IMG/VR virus record: IMGVR_UViG_3300046385_000126
Location: 64,001-101,004 of that record
DNA from: a virus
Lineage: Duplodnaviria > Heunggongvirae > Uroviricota > Caudoviricetes
Reading direction: 5' to 3' (one strand)
Length of the DNA stretch: 37,004 bases
Below are positions 32,350-37,004 of this stretch, in pieces. The notes under the pieces are model-generated. The model was not told the DNA's origin, did no database searches, and was given only the letters and a program-made list of their open reading frames with translations. Both the position numbers and the translations under genes were made by a program. The first letter of the stretch is position 1. Each line of letters starts with the position of its first letter.

Positions 32350-34428
32350 ATGCCATTTCAAGTTAGTCCTGGCGTAAATGTATCTGAAATTGACTTAACT
32401 ACAGTTGTCCCCGCAGTGTCTACAACCGAAGGTGCCCTAGCTGGTGTGTTCCGTTGGGGTCCTGTGGAAAAGCGTACACTTGTCGATTCAGAAGCGGTTT
32501 TGGCCGCACGCTTTGGTAAGCCAACCAATTTTAACGCAGAAACATTCTTTACTGCAGCAAACTTCCTGTCATACGGGAACAAGTTGTATATCGCACGTGC
32601 TGCAAACACCACATCTGCTGATGCAAACGTTGTGGTGCGTAACGCTGTTGCTAACGTAGCAGCTATTTCCGATCTAAACGACTTCATTGTTAAGAACAGC
32701 GACGACTATCAAGTCAAGTTGGATAACGGTGATTTTGCACAAGACCTGGACGCAATGTATATTGCAAAATACCCAGGTGACCTTGGTAACTCGTTGAAGA
32801 TTTCTGTCTGTGATTCAGCAGCAGGATACTCTTCATTGGCTAACCTGGATAATGGTGGTGGTAACCTAAGCACAACGCTTGGTAACGTTAGCATCTCTGT
32901 CGGCTCTAGCAACGTCGTTGTTAACATTGCTGTCGGTAACGGTGTTATCGCTAACGCAACTACATATGCAACTGCTGTTGCTGCTGGTCTGACGGTTGGT
33001 GATTACATCGAAGTTGGTAACACAACCATCGGTAAGCAATACATGAAGGTATCTTCTGTATCTGCTGTTACAAACACATCTACTGTTGCAACATTCACAA
33101 TCGTTACATCTGATGTATACGGTCTTGCACAAGACTACACAACAACTGCTGGCTTCACGCGTAAGTGGGAATACTTCAACAATGTTGATAAAGCTCCAGG
33201 CACTTCTGCATACCAAACCAGCTTTGGTAACGCATCTGCTGTTGATGAGTTGCACGTTGTTGTAGCAGATCAAGACGGTGCTTTCACTGGTACACCAGGC
33301 ACAATTTTGGAAATCTACCAAGGTTTGTCTCGCGCAACCAATGCTAAGACACAAGATGGTGCTACTAATTACTACCGTGATGTTGTTAACCAATCATCCA
33401 ATTACATTTGGCACGCTAACCCACGCAGCGGTGCAACAAGCACAACTGCAGCTAGCCTGACAAGTGCATCAACAACCGCTCCATTGACGCTATCTTTCCA
33501 AGGTGGTACAGATGGTGCTGATGAAAACAACGCTGCTTTGGGTAACATCCTTGGTGCATACGACCTGTTCGCATCTGCAGAAGATGTTGATGTGTCGTTG
33601 GTTCTAACCGGTGTATCACGTGGTGGTACAAATGGTGAACAGATTGCAAACTACCTAATCGATAACGTTGCTGAAAAGCGTAAAGATTGCGTCGTATTTG
33701 TTTCACCACAAAAAGCTGACGTTGTTAACAATGCTGGTGATGAGGCTAATGATGTTGTTACTTTCCGTAACAGCCTACGTAGCACTTCTTACGCAGTAAT
33801 GGATTCTGGTTACAAGTACCAGTATGACAAGTACAACGACCTGTACCGTTGGGTTCCTCTGAACGGCGACACAGCTGGTCTGTGCGTACGTACTGATGAC
33901 CAACGTGATTCATGGTGGTCTCCAGCTGGTTTCAACCGCGGTCAAATTAAGAACATCGTCAAGCTGGCGTTTAACCCACGTCAAGCTGACCGTGATGTTC
34001 TGTACAAGGCAGGCGTTAACCCAGTTGTTACGTTCCCAGGTCAAGGTACTGTTCTTTACGGTGACAAGACTCTGTTGGCAAAGCCAAGCGCTTTTGATCG
34101 TATCAACGTACGTCGTTTGTTCATTACCTTGGAAAAGGCAATTGCAACAGCTACTAAGTTTACACTGTTTGAATTCAACGACGACTTCACACGTGCTCAG
34201 TTCCGCAACTTGGTTGAACCGTTCCTGCGTGATGTTCAAGGTCGCCGCGGCATCTATGACTTCAAGGTTGTTTGCGATACAACAAACAACACAGGCGAAG
34301 TTATCGATGGTAACAGATTCGTTGGTGACATCTATATTAAACCAGCTAAGAGCATCAACTTCATTCAATTGAACTTTGTTGCTGTTAGAACGGGTGTTGA
34401 GTTCTCCGAAGTTGTCGGTCAGTTTTAA
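32350..34428 (+). CDS. gp18: Tail sheath protein gp18
   Basis: 'SPGVNVSEIDLT', 'FRWGPVE', 'WWSPAGFNRGQI', 'LYGDKTL...SAFDRINVRRLF', 'KPAKSINFIQLNFVAVRTGVEFSEV'. Confidence 0.97.
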   Translation: MPFQVSPGVNVSEIDLTTVVPAVSTTEGALAGVFRWGPVEKRTLVDSEAVLAARFGKPTNFNAETFFTAANFLSYGNKLYIARAANTTSADANVVVRNAVANVAAISDLNDFIVKNSDDYQVKLDNGDFAQDLDAMYIAKYPGDLGNSLKISVCDSAAGYSSLANLDNGGGNLSTTLGNVSISVGSSNVVVNIAVGNGVIANATTYATAVAAGLTVGDYIEVGNTTIGKQYMKVSSVSAVTNTSTVATFTIVTSDVYGLAQDYTTTAGFTRKWEYFNNVDKAPGTSAYQTSFGNASAVDELHVVVADQDGAFTGTPGTILEIYQGLSRATNAKTQDGATNYYRDVVNQSSNYIWHANPRSGATSTTAASLTSASTTAPLTLSFQGGTDGADENNAALGNILGAYDLFASAEDVDVSLVLTGVSRGGTNGEQIANYLIDNVAEKRKDCVVFVSPQKADVVNNAGDEANDVVTFRNSLRSTSYAVMDSGYKYQYDKYNDLYRWVPLNGDTAGLCVRTDDQRDSWWSPAGFNRGQIKNIVKLAFNPRQADRDVLYKAGVNPVVTFPGQGTVLYGDKTLLAKPSAFDRINVRRLFITLEKAIATATKFTLFEFNDDFTRAQFRNLVEPFLRDVQGRRGIYDFKVVCDTTNNTGEVIDGNRFVGDIYIKPAKSINFIQLNFVAVRTGVEFSEVVGQF

Positions 34429-34429
34429 T

Positions 34430-34437
34430 AATAAATA
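34430..34437 (+). promoter_or_regulatory. Probable late promoter AATAAATA upstream of gp19
   Basis: One mismatch to consensus, in the gp18-gp19 gap; AAGGAG SD follows. Confidence 0.55.
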
Positions 34438-34456
34438 AAAGACAAGGAGAACAAAC

Positions 34457-35008
34457 ATGGCGTTTAATGTAAACGAGATTAGAAGTCAATTAGCGCTGGG
34501 GGGAGCACGCGGCTCCCTTTTCCAGGTTACTTTTTCTAACCCTGCAAACAGCATTGCTGATATTAAAGTACCTTTCATGGTACGTTCAGCACAGATCCCA
34601 GAATCATCTCTTGGCCTGATTGAAGTTCCATACTTCGGTCGTAAGGTTAAGTTGGCTGGTGATCGTACTTTCGGCGATTGGACAGTCACAGTTATTAACG
34701 ACGAAGACTTCCTGATCCGCAATGCAATGGAAGAATGGTCTAGCAAGATCAATTCGAACCAAACAAACCTACGTGCGTTTGGCTCAGCTTCACCTCTACT
34801 ATATAAGTCAACGGCAGAAGTAACTCAGTTCTCAAAGACTGGTGTGCCAATCCGCTCTTATAAATTTAATGGCATTTTCCCGACAAACATCTCATCGATT
34901 GATTTGAACTGGGGTGATACGGATTCTATTGAAGAATTCCAAGTCACCTTCCAATACGATTGGTGGGAGGTAAGTGGTGGCGTCACCGGCAACGGCGGCG
35001 GAGCTTAA
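34457..35008 (+). CDS. gp19: Tail tube protein gp19
   Basis: 'GGARGSLFQV', 'VPYFGRKVKLAGDRTFGDWTVTVINDEDFLIR..MEEW', 'IDLNWGDTDSIEEFQVTFQYDWW'. Confidence 0.95.
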   Translation: MAFNVNEIRSQLALGGARGSLFQVTFSNPANSIADIKVPFMVRSAQIPESSLGLIEVPYFGRKVKLAGDRTFGDWTVTVINDEDFLIRNAMEEWSSKINSNQTNLRAFGSASPLLYKSTAEVTQFSKTGVPIRSYKFNGIFPTNISSIDLNWGDTDSIEEFQVTFQYDWWEVSGGVTGNGGGA

Positions 35009-35010
35009 TA

Positions 35011-35041
35011 AGAACGAGCGACAATAGTCGCTCTTCTCTTT
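35011..35041 (+). terminator. Rho-independent terminator after gp19
   Basis: Stem GAGCGAC-AATA-GTCGCTC (35016-35033), extendable by AGAA/TTCT, followed by TTCTCTTT. Confidence 0.75.
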
Positions 35042-35071
35042 ACTGAGTACGGGAATTAAAAGGACTACACA

Positions 35072-36643
35072 ATGAATCTATTTGGCTTCGAAATCCTCCG
35101 CAAGGTGGATCGCCAGACCGAAGAAAAAAATCAACCCACATTTGCGCCCGAGGTCACTGACGACGGTGCTCTTATGGTTGCAGCTGGTGGTGTATACGGA
35201 ACATACATTGACCTACAAGGCGCTGCTCGCACAGAGGCAGAGCTAGTCACTAAGTACCGTGAAATGGCAGGCCACCCAGAGGTGGAAAATGCTGTTGATG
35301 ATATTGTCAATGAGGCTATTGTCGTTGAAGACAATAAGAAGATCGTTGATATCAACTTAGACAACACAAAATTTTCATCGAATATCAAGAAACTGATTCA
35401 GGATGAGTATGATCGTGTCCTGACTTTGCTCGAGTTTGATAAAATGGCTTTCGAGCTGTTTAGACGTTGGTACATCGACGGTCGTTTGTACTACCACGCA
35501 GTTATCGATGTCACAAAGCCCGAAGAAGGTATTAAAGAGTTGCGCTATATCGATCCACGTAAACTACGTAAAGTGCGTGAGATCTCAAAGAAGCGTGACA
35601 ACAAGAATCAAGCACTGGCTACGAAGACAGTGCAGGAATACTTCCTTTACAATGATAAAGGGTTCCAAAATAAAGCAGGTGAAGTTGGTACCAACTCTGC
35701 TGCTGCAGGTCTAAAGATTGCTGCTGATAGTATCGTTCATGTTACATCCGGTATCTTGGATCCGAACAATACAATTGTTCTTTCACACCTCCACAAAGCA
35801 ATCAAGCCTCTCAACCAATTGAGAGCTCTTGAAGATGCTACAATCATTTACCGCATTTCCCGCGCGCCAGAACGCCGTATCTTCTACATCGACGTAGGTA
35901 ACCTACCAAAGATGAAGGCCGAGCAGTATATGCGTGATATGATGCAACGACACAAGAATAAAGTTGTGTACGATGCATCGACTGGTGAGATCCGTGACGA
36001 TCGCAAGTTTATGACAATGCTTGAAGATTACTGGTTGCCACGTCGTGAAGGTGGCCGTGGCACGGAAATTGACACATTACCAGCAGGTCAGAACCTTGGC
36101 GAGCTGTCAGATGTTGAGTACTTCCAAAAGAATATGTACAAATCTTTGAACGTCCCTTCTTCACGTCTGGACTCAGAGAGCACATTTAACTTTGGTGATG
36201 ATCAATCTCTTTCACGTGATGAAGTTAAGTTCAGCAAATTCGTTGATCGCTTGAAGATGCGTTTTAACCAATTGTTCCTTGACACAGTCAAGAAGCAGGT
36301 TGTGTTGAAAAAGGTTATGTCGGTTGAAGAGTGGGAAGAACAGCAAACAGCTATTACTTTTGACTACGCAAAAGACAACTACTTCTCACAGCAAAAAGAA
36401 ATTGCAATCCTTAAAGAGCGTATGTCTATTATGCCAATGGTAGATCCATACGTTGGTCGCTATTACTCACACGAGTGGGTTCGTAAGAACATTCTACAGC
36501 AGACTGACAAAGAGATCAAAGAGATTGACAAGCAGACACAAGAAGAGATGAAGGATCCACTATATCAGATGAATATGGGCCCTGATGAAAATTCTAACGA
36601 GCCGCCTGCTCCTGTTGTACCAACAACAAAAGCGCCGGTTTGA
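35072..36643 (+). CDS. gp20: Portal protein gp20
   Basis: 'YREMAGHPEVENAVDDIVNEAI', 'FRRWYIDGR', 'YRISRAPERRIFYIDVGNLPKMKAEQY', 'EDYWLPRREGGRGTEIDTLPAGQNLG'. Confidence 0.97.
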   Translation: MNLFGFEILRKVDRQTEEKNQPTFAPEVTDDGALMVAAGGVYGTYIDLQGAARTEAELVTKYREMAGHPEVENAVDDIVNEAIVVEDNKKIVDINLDNTKFSSNIKKLIQDEYDRVLTLLEFDKMAFELFRRWYIDGRLYYHAVIDVTKPEEGIKELRYIDPRKLRKVREISKKRDNKNQALATKTVQEYFLYNDKGFQNKAGEVGTNSAAAGLKIAADSIVHVTSGILDPNNTIVLSHLHKAIKPLNQLRALEDATIIYRISRAPERRIFYIDVGNLPKMKAEQYMRDMMQRHKNKVVYDASTGEIRDDRKFMTMLEDYWLPRREGGRGTEIDTLPAGQNLGELSDVEYFQKNMYKSLNVPSSRLDSESTFNFGDDQSLSRDEVKFSKFVDRLKMRFNQLFLDTVKKQVVLKKVMSVEEWEEQQTAITFDYAKDNYFSQQKEIAILKERMSIMPMVDPYVGRYYSHEWVRKNILQQTDKEIKEIDKQTQEEMKDPLYQMNMGPDENSNEPPAPVVPTTKAPV

Positions 36644-36648
36644 AAAAA

Positions 36649-36656
36649 ACTAAATA
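36649..36656 (+). promoter_or_regulatory. Possible late promoter ACTAAATA
   Basis: Partial consensus (TAAATA core) between gp20 and the next gene. Confidence 0.35.
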
Positions 36657-36669
36657 ATTGGAGAAAAAC

Positions 36670-36906
36670 ATGAGTGAAAACACATTTACCATCGCAGATA
36701 TGATCAGAGCAGCTCGAGACGAAAGTCCGAGTGAATTCCAAGCAGCTTTCAATCAGCTAGTTGTGGACAGAGTTGCAGACGTTGTTGATGCAGAGCGCAT
36801 CACCGTAGCACAAACATATTTCGGTGATGTGGCACAGGATGATACTCAACCACAAAACGCAGACATAGAGGACGCAACCGATGAAAACGCTGAAACAAGT
36901 AATTGA
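36670..36906 (+). CDS. Small acidic prohead-core protein (gp67-like by position, about 78 aa)
   Basis: Directly after the portal; acidic C-tail; GGAG SD upstream of ATG 36670, preferred over the TTG at 36658. Confidence 0.55.
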   Translation: MSENTFTIADMIRAARDESPSEFQAAFNQLVVDRVADVVDAERITVAQTYFGDVAQDDTQPQNADIEDATDENAETSN

Positions 36907-37004
36907 AGCAAAGAAGGCTGAGGTGCCTGCACCTACAGCTCCCATCGAGCCTGATTCAGTAACTTCGTACGTTCCTAAGACGAAGGATGAAAAACGCTTC
37001 ATGG
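36881..37004 (+). CDS. Start of the next head-assembly gene (gp68-like by position), truncated by the window end
   Basis: GAGG SD, then ATG 36881 reading MKTLKQVIEAKKAEVPAPTAPIEPDSVTSYVPKTKDEKRFM, open to the window end; absent from the ORF track because it has no stop. Confidence 0.55.
   Translation, partial: MKTLKQVIEAKKAEVPAPTAPIEPDSVTSYVPKTKDEKRFM

Noticed and set aside
32358-34752. Antisense and alternative-frame ORFs over gp18/gp19 (e.g. 33910-34458, 32866-33393) and similar ones over gp7, gp8, VrlC and gp20
   Set aside because: Fully nested in well-conserved genes, with no recognisable motifs; expected shadows of biased codon usage.
30597-36643. Introns or inteins in the terminase, sheath or portal genes
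   Set aside because: The ORFs are continuous, of normal length, and have conserved motifs at the expected spacing.
1-37004. tRNA, rRNA or structured ncRNA genes
   Set aside because: Intergenic gaps are almost all under 75 nt and show no cloverleaf or T-loop signatures by eye.

Overview
This window is part of the late (virion) gene module of a T4-like myophage (AT-rich; gp13/gp14/gp7/gp8 resemble the cyanophage/alphaproteobacterial 'exo-T-even' type rather than coliphage T4). Gene order: gp7, gp8, a VrlC/DUF4815-type baseplate protein split into three ORFs, fibre genes, an accessory block, more fibre genes, then gp13, a small inserted ORF, gp14, gp15, gp16, gp17, gp18, gp19, gp20 and prohead-core genes. 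Almost everything is on the + strand. Two things stand out. (1) At 14150-23853, two paralogous proteins (499 and 1703 aa) are built from [Y/F]-x-G-x tetrapeptide repeats with mirror-symmetric arms around a central Pro-containing segment, suggesting out-and-back hairpin fibres. They are followed directly by a putative chaperone, two GT-A glycosyltransferases, a 2OG-Fe(II) oxygenase-like protein with an atypical H-x-N motif, and a SAM methyltransferase. This is a candidate phage-encoded system for building and chemically decorating virion filaments. (2) The first VrlC segment ends in a Hint domain that keeps its N-terminal cleavage residues but lacks the splicing His-Asn, followed by an 89-aa hydrophobic helical tail, which is a Hedgehog-like layout. 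All family assignments are from motif recognition by eye; no searches were run.
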